From the NCBI GenBank assembly GCA_009859145.1, contig VRVR01000010.1, positions 35,211 to 99,210 of the forward strand: a stretch of DNA of 64,000 nt, written 5' to 3'. The position numbers and the translations under genes were made by a program. The notes below the pieces were generated by a model. That model saw only the letters and a list, made by a program, of their open reading frames with translations, had not been told where the DNA came from and did no database searches. This DNA is from Andalucia godoyi And28 (taxonomy: Eukaryota > Protista > Jakobida). Below, piece after piece: positions 42,521 to 54,631 of this stretch (position 1 is the stretch's first letter; each line of letters starts with the position of its first letter).

Positions 42521-45402
42521 TGAGTAGCAGTCATAATCACGGTAATGGTAACGATGTTGCAATTTCGGATCGATTGTTCAGCATTTCAGCTCATTCGCTA
42601 AAGTGGACTGAGATTTCGCAGCGCATTTCTCCTGCGTTGTCTTCTTTGAATGGGCCATGGCCCCAAAGGAGAAGAGGTCATTCGTGCTGTATTGATTATT
42701 TCTCCAATGATAGCCATACTGGTGGTGAGCAGCGGCTGGATTCGTCAAGCGCTGTCATGTATATATTTGGTGGAGATTCCGGAGTTGCATGTTTCAACGA
42801 TGTTTGGGCGTACTATCCTTCGATTCGTTCCTGGGCGGTTGTTTCGGCAAGGGGAGACGTTCCTTCTGCAAGAACCGGACACGGCATGGTGTGTGCAGAT
42901 CATGTGTTGATTGTGTGGGGCGGATACTCCCCTTACGGTTCGAGAGACCGCATTGTGAATGCGGCTGATGCCGACATCTATCGATTCGAGGTGAACTCGG
43001 GTACTTGGACAAACATGTCGAGGATAATGTACCAAACGCCTGTGGATAAGCAGCACCGTTCAGCATCTCCCTCAGCAGCTTCCACGGACGAGGATGTCCA
43101 CGGCTCGAGAGGTTCCTCCTCTTCTTCTCCAACCATCACCACCACCACCATCACCACCACCACTACTACTACTACTACTACTTCTTCTTCTTCTTCTTCA
43201 TCCATCTATGGTCATGCAGGCAGTGTGACAAGGCCTATGCCTCGGTTCCACAGCGTGTTTGTGAAGATTGATCCTTTCCGAGTGCTGATGTTTGGAGGTG
43301 CGCTGAATGACACGAAAATTTTGTCCGATACGTGGATTCTTTCACTTCGCAAGTTTCATTGGACACAGCTGCGAACGCTTCACAGTCCGCCGAAGCGAGT
43401 GGGTGCATCGGGCTTGCTGATCAGCTCTGCCAAGAGTGAGGATCCCAAACGAGCGATCGTATTCGGTGGATGTGCAACTAATGTTGTATACAGCGATGTA
43501 TGGGAGTTCTCACCGTCGGTGATGGACTGGTATCCACACTCGTTTTTCCACAATCGCGGAAAGCATTATGTTGTTCCAAACTTGCATTCAAACAGCCACG
43601 TCGCGAGCTCGGCAGAAGCTTGCTCGCATGGGGCGTTGTTTCCGCTCATGTCGCAGGTCAACGATCGCACCGTATTTTGTGTAGGAGTTCACGGCGGACT
43701 GACGAAGCGTGGCATTTCCAGTGATGTTTGGATGTACCATGTTTCGTCATTTGCCGATCTCGTTCCAGCAAATCGTGGAGTTCGGGTGCTTCAAACACGA
43801 GCAAGAGTCTCTTCTTCTCGCGGCGGTATTCGGTCGATGAGTCCGTCTGCCGAATCGAACAAACAACATCAATCGATTGATGGTATTGACAATCGTGAGT
43901 TTGATGATGATGAATCCGAGGAAGTGACAGACCCATGGGATCCGCTTCCGACTCCCAGCACTGGCCATCCAGCGATATCACATCACGGGTCTTCTTCCAC
44001 GCCTCCGTCCTCCTTCGCTTCACTGCCACCCCAGCCGGCTCGTTCTTCGGGCACTGCTGCAAGAGGCGGGCAGACGAATCCATCGCTTCCACAGCATCCA
44101 AGAACGACCGAATTGCTGGTACCAGATGCACGTAGTGGGACAGCCATCATTACTTTGGTAGCCCACAAAGATGCAGAGACTGCTGCCAACCCTCAGCCGA
44201 CCAACGTTTCACCGATCTCGTTCTCGTCGTCCCCGGCTCCTGTGACAGCCTCTTCGAATTCCGAAATCGCGAATGAAACTTCCGTTTTTCCAGCCTCTGC
44301 AGAGCCAGCTGCTACGCAACCCCCAGTGACGTCCGATTCTGAAGGGCGACAGCGCGGGGCATCCGTGATGCGATCGACTGCCATGTCAGATTTCCGTGCT
44401 TCGTGGTTTGCCATCCAGGAAATCCGTCAGAACCAGCTGCGCCTCGAGGAGGCCCTTCGTGATCATCAGGTTCGCACATTCGATCAACACCAACAGTTAC
44501 GAGCAATGTCCACAGGATTTGCGGATTCGTTGGGCTCTCGGCTCAAGTCACTGGAAGAGCACGCCACGCGGACGGATTCCGAGTCATTGCAGCATTTTCA
44601 GGAAAATTCTGTGTGCAGACAGCGGGTAGACCACATGGCAAAGTGTCACTTGGAATCAGAGATGGAACTGATGAAGCGACTTAGTATGATCGAAGCACGG
44701 ATTGCGGGGATCGAGGCCACCGCTGGGGAGAGTCGCAGCCTGTCGTCGGAATTGCACTCTGTAAAGTCGCATGTTGAGAAGAACGACGCGGAACAGCGAC
44801 TGCGGCTTGTTGAGCTGCGAAGGGAAATCATAGACGAGCTTCGACGACGCGATGAGAAGCTTTCCTCCGAGTTGGACACTGCGTCTCAACGGATCCGGGC
44901 CATCCGAGAGGAGATGCAGCATGACCGCACTGCGATCATTGACGAGATTGAACGTTCCAAAGATCTTGCTCGTGTTCTCAATCATGAAATGGACGAAAAG
45001 ATTCGTCGATCAAGCCAGGAGCTATCCTCGCTGATTGGCGAAACGCAGTCACGTCTCGAGGCGCTGGAAGATTCTGCCGAGTCCGAGCGTCAGTTCCGCA
45101 AAGAGATGTCGGACTGGAGGGACTTTCTTGAAAAGGAGCGCGAAGACGACGTTGGGCAGACTCGTTATGTCCATCGAGAGCTGGACCGGGTTTCTGCCGT
45201 GGTTGACAAGCTGTCTTTTTGCTTGAACGGTGTTCCAACGACCGTCTCGAGCGCCGGTCCATCCAAAATTCATCTCCAAGCCCGACCTTCGCAACTTACC
45301 CAGTCAGCAGAAACATCCAGGAAGCATAACATCCAGAATGTCCATCATGACCAGTCTTCTTTCGATTCCGAAATCTCGGATGTTCCGGAGTATGACGATT
45401 GA
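42136..45402 (+). CDS. Kelch-repeat protein with C-terminal coiled coil
   Basis: Repeated GG motifs with R.GH.. leaders (RRGHS..MYIFGG, ARTGHGM..VWGG, RFHS..LMFGG, RVGAS..VFGG); long heptad region after ~aa 760. Confidence 0.85.
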
Positions 45403-45421
45403 GCGACGAACACATGCACAC

Positions 45422-45425
<4 letters not shown>

Positions 45426-45482
<57 letters not shown>
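45426..45482. repeat. (CT)n microsatellite
   Basis: Direct read. Confidence 0.9.
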
Positions 45483-45485
<3 letters not shown>

Positions 45486-45640
45486 ACTCACTCACCCAAA
45501 CCCCTAGGGGATTGCTACTGGAAGAGGGAGAGGGAGGGAGGGAGAGAGAGAGAGAGAGACTGTGTGTGCGTAATTTATAAATGTGTACTGTACAAACAAA
45601 AAAAAAAAAACATGAAAGAAAAGAGATTGATTTCCATAGT

Positions 45641-46186
45641 TTAGACATGATGATGATGCCGAGCAGCCAATGACGATTGCTGGTGCTGGTGCTTGTGAAC
45701 TGGAATAAACGGCGGGATCGGCGCAAGAATCCTGTGCGTAACGTCCATTGCCGCGTCAGCGTCTCGATCTAGCGCACCAATGATCCCTACGTGGTCTCCT
45801 CGCACAACAAGCGTTCCCACATGCTCGACGCGCGTGTTTGCAGCAGCCGAGTACACACGCTCTTCACACTCGGAAAGCACAAGACTCCCCAATACATCTG
45901 TTCCCATCAACAATCCAACATAATGCCGACCTTCAATCGTTATCACGGAAACCACCTCTATCCCCTCTCCAACGTTAAAACCACATTAAAATCCGTTCAT
46001 TCATTCATTCACGGAAATCAATCAACAACGTCAGAAACCAAACACAAACAACCAAAAACATGTAATAAAAGTAATTATTATAAGAAAAAGGAAACGACGG
46101 CGAACAAAGTGGGGGAACCAATAAAACAAAAGAAAGAAAGACAAAAGACACGACATACGCTCATGAAGCGAGTAAATATCATCCAT
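45641..46186 (-). CDS. LSM8: LSm8-like Sm protein; join(46186..46159, 45957..45641)
   Basis: Exon 1 MDDIYSLHE + GTATGT donor (46158), TAG acceptor (45958) with TTTAAC branch-like site; VSVITIEGRHYVG, EERVYS, VVRGDHVGIIGALD..D.AMD match LSm8. Confidence 0.8.
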
Positions 46187-46574
46187 CGTCGCACTTCATT
46201 CAATCCGTACGAAACAAGAGCATTCAGTGCAAAGTCCAAAAGAAGTATATATATGTATATGTATACGTATAATGTAACATTGCAAAATAGCAAAACCCCA
46301 AAACCAAAACAAATTCACGAAAACACACTCGATGCTTTTCATGCACAAAACGAAGCCCGTCCAGCAAGGAATCAAGTGATGCTGTCATCTGCTTTTTTCC
46401 GCCTTCTCTTTTTCACTCTCTTCTCCTTTTGTCATCCTTTTGCTTTTATCTATTTTCTTCTTCATATATCTATTATTTTTGAATTTAAAAGTTGAAGCCT
46501 CGGCGGAAAAAAAAAATAGTAATTAAAAGTTATAAAAGGGAAGGTGACAGTTACAGTCTTTTTCAAATAGCGAA

Positions 46575-46724
46575 ATGTCTGGTCGTCAGGGAGGAAAGTT
46601 GAAGCCGCTCAAGAAGGCAAAGGTCGAGAAGGACCTTTCGGAGGAGGATATTGCGTTCCATGCAAAGAAGCGCGAAGAGGAGAAAAAGATTGCCGAAATG
46701 CAGAAAAAGATGGGCAAAAAGTAA
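46575..46724 (+). CDS. TMA7: Translation machinery-associated protein 7 (49 aa; below ORF-track cutoff)
   Basis: MSGRQGGKLKPLKKAK..DLSEEDIAF..KKREEEKK is the TMA7 signature. Confidence 0.9.
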   Translation: MSGRQGGKLKPLKKAKVEKDLSEEDIAFHAKKREEEKKIAEMQKKMGKK

Positions 46725-47279
46725 ACCTCTCATTTTTCGCTCCAACTCGCTTTTCCCTTTCCCGTTTCCTCGTCTGTCGTTTCCTGAGGTGTTCCTGCTT
46801 TCGGCCACTCTGCCATGCGAAAAAAAGTATCAATAAAGATCATCAAAGCGAATCAAACTGGAGGAAGAACGTCCATATAGTCTGTCTGTTGTGCTGTGCG
46901 CCAAGCTGGCAAAAAGGTCAGAATCAAATGCTGCTCGATTAGAAACTCTTCTTTATGCTATTTTCAGTTGTCGCTCTTGTTGATGACGATGCAAAAGAAG
47001 AAAGGAAGGAAGGAAGGGAGAGAGAGAGAGAGAAAGAGAAGGGAGAGGAAGAAACAGTAACGACAGTTCAAAAAAGTAATTATAAAAACAAAAACGAACT
47101 CGCATTCTCTGTGTGTGTGCAATGTTCCAAATCGAGCTTGCTGTTGTGTTCTGTTTTGGAAAAGATTATCTACGTTCTTTCATCATCATCACTGCCTACT
47201 TCATCATCATCATCATCATCTACGTCGTCCTCCTCCTCCGCCTGTCCTCTTTTCACATAATCACTCTTGTCTTGTTTGT

Positions 47280-48725
<1,446 letters not shown>

Positions 48726-49982
48726 TTAAAAAACCATTACGATAAACAAAACACAAAGAAAAAAAGATTAGCACTCTTCCATCTGACAACTCGAAACAAA
48801 ATGATTTGAAAAGGGTTTCAACAGCAACAACAACAACGACAACAAAAAAACAAGGAAAGAAATTTGGATGCCAAATCAGGATATGGGTGGTGGTAAGATG
48901 ATGGTCATCACGCACGAGTAAGCATCTTACTTGTATCATCATACAAGCATCCAAAAAAAGATATCGAAAAATCGCAAGAAAAGAAAGCTGTTTTTTTGTT
49001 TGAAACTGAAGAGGCAGATGATGCATAGAGGGCGAGAGAGCGCCTACTGCCTTTCTCAAAGAAGACAGAGCAAATCGAAAACGGAAAAAGGATACCAGGA
49101 AAAAAGACAGAAAATAGAAAAATAGAAACTGGAGAAGCATATGCGGAAAAACGTACCTTCGGCTGAAGCGACTCGTCGTGTAGTCTGGAAAAGAGAGGAG
49201 AGCATTCGCTAGTATACTGTGAAAAGCAAAGGACTCGACAAAAACGCAAAAAGACAAAATATATTAGAAAGAGAAGAAATGCCAAAAGAAACGCGGCATG
49301 ACGAACGTGAGGAAAAACCGGTATAAGGAACCTGCAGAAGTGGGAAATGGAGGTCTGAAGGCTTACACGCCACGAGAGGATAGCGCATGGACCGTCGATT
49401 GTATCAAAAAGCAGCAACTGGTCAGGCTGTCAGCGAAGTTTTGTCAGAGTCCTCGAGGCTTCGTCTGTCAGCTTGTCATTCAGTGCTGCTGATTGTACGG
49501 GCGATTTCTTTTGAGTTCCCCAGGCTTTTTTCTTTTTTGTTATTCTAACAAAAGCGTCTACGGCGGCTTGGAATTTTTTGGGATGTCCGAAACTGAGTCC
49601 AACGGAGTTTGAGTCTTTGGGAGAATCCAAAAAGAATCCCGAATCAGCACGTCAAACCAAATCAGGAAGTTTATCCCCTCTGGAATTGTCCGACAGACAT
49701 CCTGCTGCCCGCCCAACGGGAAATGAGCACGAGATAGCATTCAGAAACTCTACAAAAAAGAAAGCAATTAGTGTAAAAGAAAATATAAATACAAATATAA
49801 ATATAAATAAAAACACGAGCAAAGAAGAGCAGGGAAAAGGAAAAGGCGGTGAGAGAACAGCCGAAGAGAGAAAGCAAGGTCAGGAGAGAGAGAGAGAGAG
49901 GAGGTGGCGGTGGTGGCGGTTAGGACATAGAAAAAAAGGAGCAAAAACAAAAGAAAAAAGGAAAAAGAAGAAAAAGAAAAAC

Positions 49983-51407
49983 ATGAATTCGACGATTCCA
50001 GAATCAGCAGTGTCATCTCCGCGGTCCTTGTCGTCTGTTTCATCGGGGTCGGTCTACACGACTGCTCAGGTTCGTGTTCGGTCGTTTCGATCGGCGAATG
50101 GGTCCGGTTCCGTGATGCAGACTTCCCGACCCAGGAAGGCCACGGATGAGAATGGGTTCGGTTTCATAGACGATGGCAACAACAACAACATTTTGAACAT
50201 TTCCGGGCTGGTATTAAGTGGAAAATCGAGCGGCGAGCTTCCGCATGAGGAAGACCGGGTGCACGAGTGTGAGGGTGCAGATGATGGTGAGCATGGCCGT
50301 GGAAGCAATGGAGAGACAGACTTGGCGGTGGCGGTAAGTTATCATCATCCTCATCGCCGTCGTCGTCTTCAATCGGATCAGTTACCAGACGAGGATGAAG
50401 ACGATGGATTGGTGGCGCTGCATGCATCAGGCGCTGCATCGGGGCCCAGTTCGAGGATCAAAAAGTCCAAGCGAGGAAGAACGGGTTCGTCTAAGTACGA
50501 TTTTATCAAGACGCGTGTGTGGATTGATACGCATTATTATGTATTGTCGCGGTTTCTGTTGTCCCGAATTCTGACCACGATTCGCATCCCAGAGACGTCG
50601 GCAGTGGGAATTGCGCTGGATGTGAAGAAAGCGCTGATTGATGCAGGGAAGCTGGACATTTCACAGACAGAGTTTGAGCATGACCATTTGTTCGAACTGA
50701 TGCGAAGTTCAGGCTACGGAGATTCACACATTCAGCTGTTCAAAGTACTGACCAAGTTTTACCACACACGGACACCACTTTTGATTCTGATTAGCGGTTC
50801 TCGAGGCTCGGGCAAATCGACGCTTGCAACGCAGCTTGCCGAGCGAATGAATGCTCCGTACGTTTTGCAAACGGATATTCTCTTCGAGTTGCTTACGGGG
50901 AAAATGCATGACGATCCTGATCTGTACAGGGCCACAGAGAGCACCAGCACCAGCACCAGCACGGTCTCTCTGTCGTCGACGTCGGCTGCTCCAAGTTCAC
51001 GTCTTCCGTTCGTAAAGAACGTGGATATGAACAAGTGGCAGGAGGATGCGGACATCGTGTTTCGTGGAATCCAACCCGAGATTCACAAGTGCACAAAGGA
51101 TGGGAAAATGGTGATCATGGAAGGGCTTCATCTCCAGGCTGCCAAAGTCGAAAATGCAGCCCGAGCCATCCAGGCGAACCGATCTTCCAGCAAAGGTGTG
51201 ATTGCTGTTCCATTCATGCTTGTACGAGGAAATGCTCGGCATCGGGTGTCGGACGTGCTGCAAGATTATCTCCTCACGACACAAGAACGTGATTGCACTA
51301 TCCTGCGCATTGATGAGATTGGGTTTTCCGGAGCGTTGGACGCCATGCACGAAAGAGTGCTCTCATGCATCCAGCAAGCGGTCGAGCAAATGGAGCAATC
51401 CTCTTGA
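49983..51407 (+). CDS. 2-phosphoglycerate-kinase-related P-loop NTPase (plant LPA1-like)
   Basis: SSKYDFIKTRVW..HYYVLSRFLLSR.L, GSRGSGKSTLATQLAERMN.P.VLQTD, IMEGLHL. Confidence 0.85.
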   Translation: MNSTIPESAVSSPRSLSSVSSGSVYTTAQVRVRSFRSANGSGSVMQTSRPRKATDENGFGFIDDGNNNNILNISGLVLSGKSSGELPHEEDRVHECEGADDGEHGRGSNGETDLAVAVSYHHPHRRRRLQSDQLPDEDEDDGLVALHASGAASGPSSRIKKSKRGRTGSSKYDFIKTRVWIDTHYYVLSRFLLSRILTTIRIPETSAVGIALDVKKALIDAGKLDISQTEFEHDHLFELMRSSGYGDSHIQLFKVLTKFYHTRTPLLILISGSRGSGKSTLATQLAERMNAPYVLQTDILFELLTGKMHDDPDLYRATESTSTSTSTVSLSSTSAAPSSRLPFVKNVDMNKWQEDADIVFRGIQPEIHKCTKDGKMVIMEGLHLQAAKVENAARAIQANRSSSKGVIAVPFMLVRGNARHRVSDVLQDYLLTTQERDCTILRIDEIGFSGALDAMHERVLSCIQQAVEQMEQSS

Positions 51408-51789
51408 CCAAGGTCGTCCTTTGCAAAACAATAATTGGCTTTCTTTTTCTGATACAAGTCAGTTTCCTCTTCATCTTCTTCGTTTGCTTTTTTTTCTTTT
51501 TTTCTTTTTCGATTGGCCATTCGGTTGCATACTGTTGCAGCACACATTATTTTTTTTTGGTGTTGTGCACGGTACGCATTCTTTGTCCAAGCTGTACATC
51601 AATCATAAACAGAACAGAATGTAACACGTTTTGCAAAACTTCATTTTTTGCGACGATTCTTTTTCCAATAAGATACAACGGCAATTAATAGAAGAAGTAA
51701 TAATAATAACGGGAGGTAAGGAAAGAATACAAAAGGGAGTAGGAAACACTATGACGGACATGGAGATCGCGATCGTCCAGCATCGTACA

Positions 51790-53163
51790 TCAAGCTGGAG
51801 AAGCTGCAGCTGTCTGAGGAACGAGAACCCGTCGTGACCGAATGCGCTCCACGAGTGACTGAACACGCAAGTGCCGTTCTTCTGCCATCAGGACTGCAGC
51901 CTCTGACTCCCTATCTTCTTCTCCCTCTTCTTCTGCGGCCGACACATCCGCAGACTGTGTCGGTGCAATTGACGAGACGTTTTCGGGGTGGTCGGGCACA
52001 GCCGATTGCTCCATCGATCGACTGAGGAAGCTTGCAGACGGAGAAGCATTCTCCTCGATGCTGTCATGCGTGCGGTTCACCAACTGCGGGGCATAAACTG
52101 CAACCGCATCTCGGTACAGCACGGCCGCATGCCATTCTTTGCGATTTCTGAAACGCAAAGAATCCATCTTGATCATTTCTAACAAGCAGGCCGCAACCTG
52201 ATCCGCCCCGATCCCCCGTGCAACCAGCAACAGTTCCACCGGGCTTCCCTTCAAGAAATCCGCCATTGCCAACCACGGATCTTCATGCGATGCAATAGGA
52301 CCAACGCCACCAGCAGGACCAGAACCAGGGGCATTCAGCGAGGCAGAATTCGCAACCCGCCCAAACTGCTGTTGTTCTCTGTGGAACTGAATTGCAAGAT
52401 CTGCAAGATCTGCAGCAAGCTTCTCCTGGTGTCTTCTTCTGAGTTGCACAACCTGTTCTGCAGCCATTGCAAGCGTCTCCGACACGTCTGACTTCCGAGC
52501 CGCATACAAGGTCAGCAGCTCCTTCTTCAACGCAGCTCTGCACTTTTCTTCCGTCGCTGCCCACTCATCCGCGGCTCGCAATTCAACGGCTTTTCGCTGT
52601 GCTTCCAGCGTCGAGCGCACAGCAAAGGTATGCAAAAAGGATTGCGTGAACTTTTCGAGAACATCCATGTGAACCACAAGAAACAAAACCTGCATCAGCG
52701 AATGGGGATTTCGGAATGCATCCAGCCAAGAATACTGCTTTTCATTCTCCACCGCACTTGCATTCGTAGTCGTTGCTGAAGACGACGATGACGATGATGA
52801 TGAAAAGGTAGAAAACGCTGAAGAGAAAAGAGAGTCGAGATCAATGCGGCAGGAGTGATCAGGCAGTTTGGAGCATCGAGAAGGAAGTGGAAAAGGGACA
52901 TGTGCTTCGACAAACGGCCGGGCAGCAGAAGGACTTTTGAAAAACAGCCATGTGATCGTTGATGGAGATGAAGAGGTAGATGCAGAGGCAGAGGCAGATG
53001 TAGATGGCTTGTTTGGAGACGCTCCATGCTTTGAAATCACACCACCACTGCCACTTTGGCCACTGCTATAATTGGCATTGCTGCTACTGTTGTTGCTGTT
53101 GTTGCCGTGAGGATGAGGATGAGGATGATGGTGATGATGATGCTCAGAACTGGAAACCGTCAT
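51790..53163 (-). CDS. Hypothetical protein with His/Asn/Ser-rich N-terminus and coiled coil
   Basis: Long ORF; ATG 53163 (MTVSSSEHHHH). No family recognised. Confidence 0.65.
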   Translation of the reverse strand: MTVSSSEHHHHHHPHPHPHGNNSNNSSSNANYSSGQSGSGGVISKHGASPNKPSTSASASASTSSSPSTITWLFFKSPSAARPFVEAHVPFPLPSRCSKLPDHSCRIDLDSLFSSAFSTFSSSSSSSSSATTTNASAVENEKQYSWLDAFRNPHSLMQVLFLVVHMDVLEKFTQSFLHTFAVRSTLEAQRKAVELRAADEWAATEEKCRAALKKELLTLYAARKSDVSETLAMAAEQVVQLRRRHQEKLAADLADLAIQFHREQQQFGRVANSASLNAPGSGPAGGVGPIASHEDPWLAMADFLKGSPVELLLVARGIGADQVAACLLEMIKMDSLRFRNRKEWHAAVLYRDAVAVYAPQLVNRTHDSIEENASPSASFLSRSMEQSAVPDHPENVSSIAPTQSADVSAAEEEGEEDRESEAAVLMAEERHLRVQSLVERIRSRRVLVPQTAAASPA

Positions 53164-53483
53164 GATTCTTGGAAACGCACGAATGACATGTACAAACCCT
53201 TCATACGGATACTTTTTAAGAAAAAATGAAAGCGAAATGAACGGTTGACCGTTGAATAATGACACGTCATTGTCATGCACACGGAAGGAAGTATGAATAA
53301 ACAGACACGGTCAATAGTGGCCGACACTAGCACGTCTGTTTCACAGAGAATTCGTGCTTATGCACGCTCGGCCAAAATTCAGCCTGCGACACAGGCTCCG
53401 CTTTTTCGACGCTCTTTAACGCAGCATCCGTAGCCATCTATTCTATCATTCGTTGGTTTGGTTTTTTGGTTTCACTTTTTTAA

Positions 53484-54300
53484 TTCAAATGTGGGCGTGA
53501 GTGCGCTGGGACGACGCATTCGCCTACGCCTACGCCGCTCGATGCAGGGCCTCCTAGGTCCCGCAGACCTCCTAAGAGACCGCCTCTTCCTCTCGTATCT
53601 CCAGGTGCATCAATCGCTGCAACTGAGGACACGAAAGCGCCTGCTGCTAGGGCCGTCGGAATCAAAATGTACCCTTCTCAGGAACAACGTGTCACGCTGA
53701 CAACGTGACTCACAGATTGATCGAGATTGGGAACGGAGCGCGGAGCATCTATCTGAAGCACGCCGTGATGCGTGCTGGAGGCCTATCCCCTTCGCGGCAA
53801 CGAGATGCAAGACTGAATATGCATGCCTATTCGTAGATGTGCATGTTCAGTGTATGATGTAGGCGTTTCGTATATCAACGTTGAACATGAAAAACAATAC
53901 GATTTTCCGACCGTAAAGCAAGCAGAAGATTATCGCCAGACGGCAACTTGCTGAGCAAGCGGATGATCATCAGATCGCGGCGATGTGATCGATTTGCGTT
54001 CGGAATGCGCTTTCAAGTCAGAGAGCAAGAGGGTGCAGCGATGTGCAACGCCGCCGACCACGTTCCGTTTCCTCCAACGTTCATTTTTTTTGAACGTTGA
54101 ATCCATTGGTGAATGTGTTGGTTGCGACGACCCCTTGACTGCACTGAAGAGGTGATGCTCGTCCCAATTAACATAAAAGTAAAGCACATGCGGCTTTGGA
54201 TCCGTCTTCGGTGGACAGCTTACCCCGATGATGATCAATAACGATTCATGTTTTTGCGAGCGGCAAGGCTTCCGACAATCGACCATTGTAGCATCACGTG
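53484..54300 (+). pseudogene. Degenerate, 3'-truncated TnpB/Fanzor-like relic
   Basis: Frame 53484-53708 ends ARAVGIKMYPSQEQRVTLTT* (IS605-OrfB HTH-like 'R.Y.iklYPt.eQ...L..W'); ~550 nt downstream, VMLVPINIKVK then, across frameshifts, AALDP and WTAYPDD (RuvC-I 'ALDPG.RtF.T.Y.pdg'). Multiple stops and frameshifts in between. Confidence 0.5.
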
Positions 54301-54472
54301 AAACCTAGTCTTTCGATTTTTGCAGTTCCGCGGTTGTAATTGCATACTTCCCGTGTCGTATTTTGTATGCGCTCTCTTCTTCCCTGTCTATCTTGCCGTT
54401 CATCTTGATCTGGATTGAATTCATAAAGGACGTAAAACAGACCGACGTAGAAAAAGGCAGAGTGAAAGACAG

Positions 54473-54487
54473 GGAGGGAGAGAGAGA

Positions 54488-54539
<52 letters not shown>

Positions 54540-54551
54540 GAGACAGGGAGG

Positions 54552-54598
<47 letters not shown>
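54473..54598. repeat. (GA)n compound microsatellite
   Basis: Direct read. Confidence 0.9.
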
Positions 54599-54604
<6 letters not shown>

Positions 54605-54631
54605 CATTAACAATTGAGAACAAAAACGATC

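Noticed and set aside
49298-49630. Small ORFs upstream of the LPA1-like gene
   Set aside because: Short, overlapping on both strands, no motifs; insufficient support.
53343-53349. ACAGAGA box suggesting U6 snRNA
   Set aside because: Not followed by AGATTAGCATGG/ISL; no other U6 features.
53812-53851. Hairpin as a SECIS element
   Set aside because: No tandem GA/GA quartet or apical AA in the right geometry on either strand; no Sec-type TGA gene nearby.
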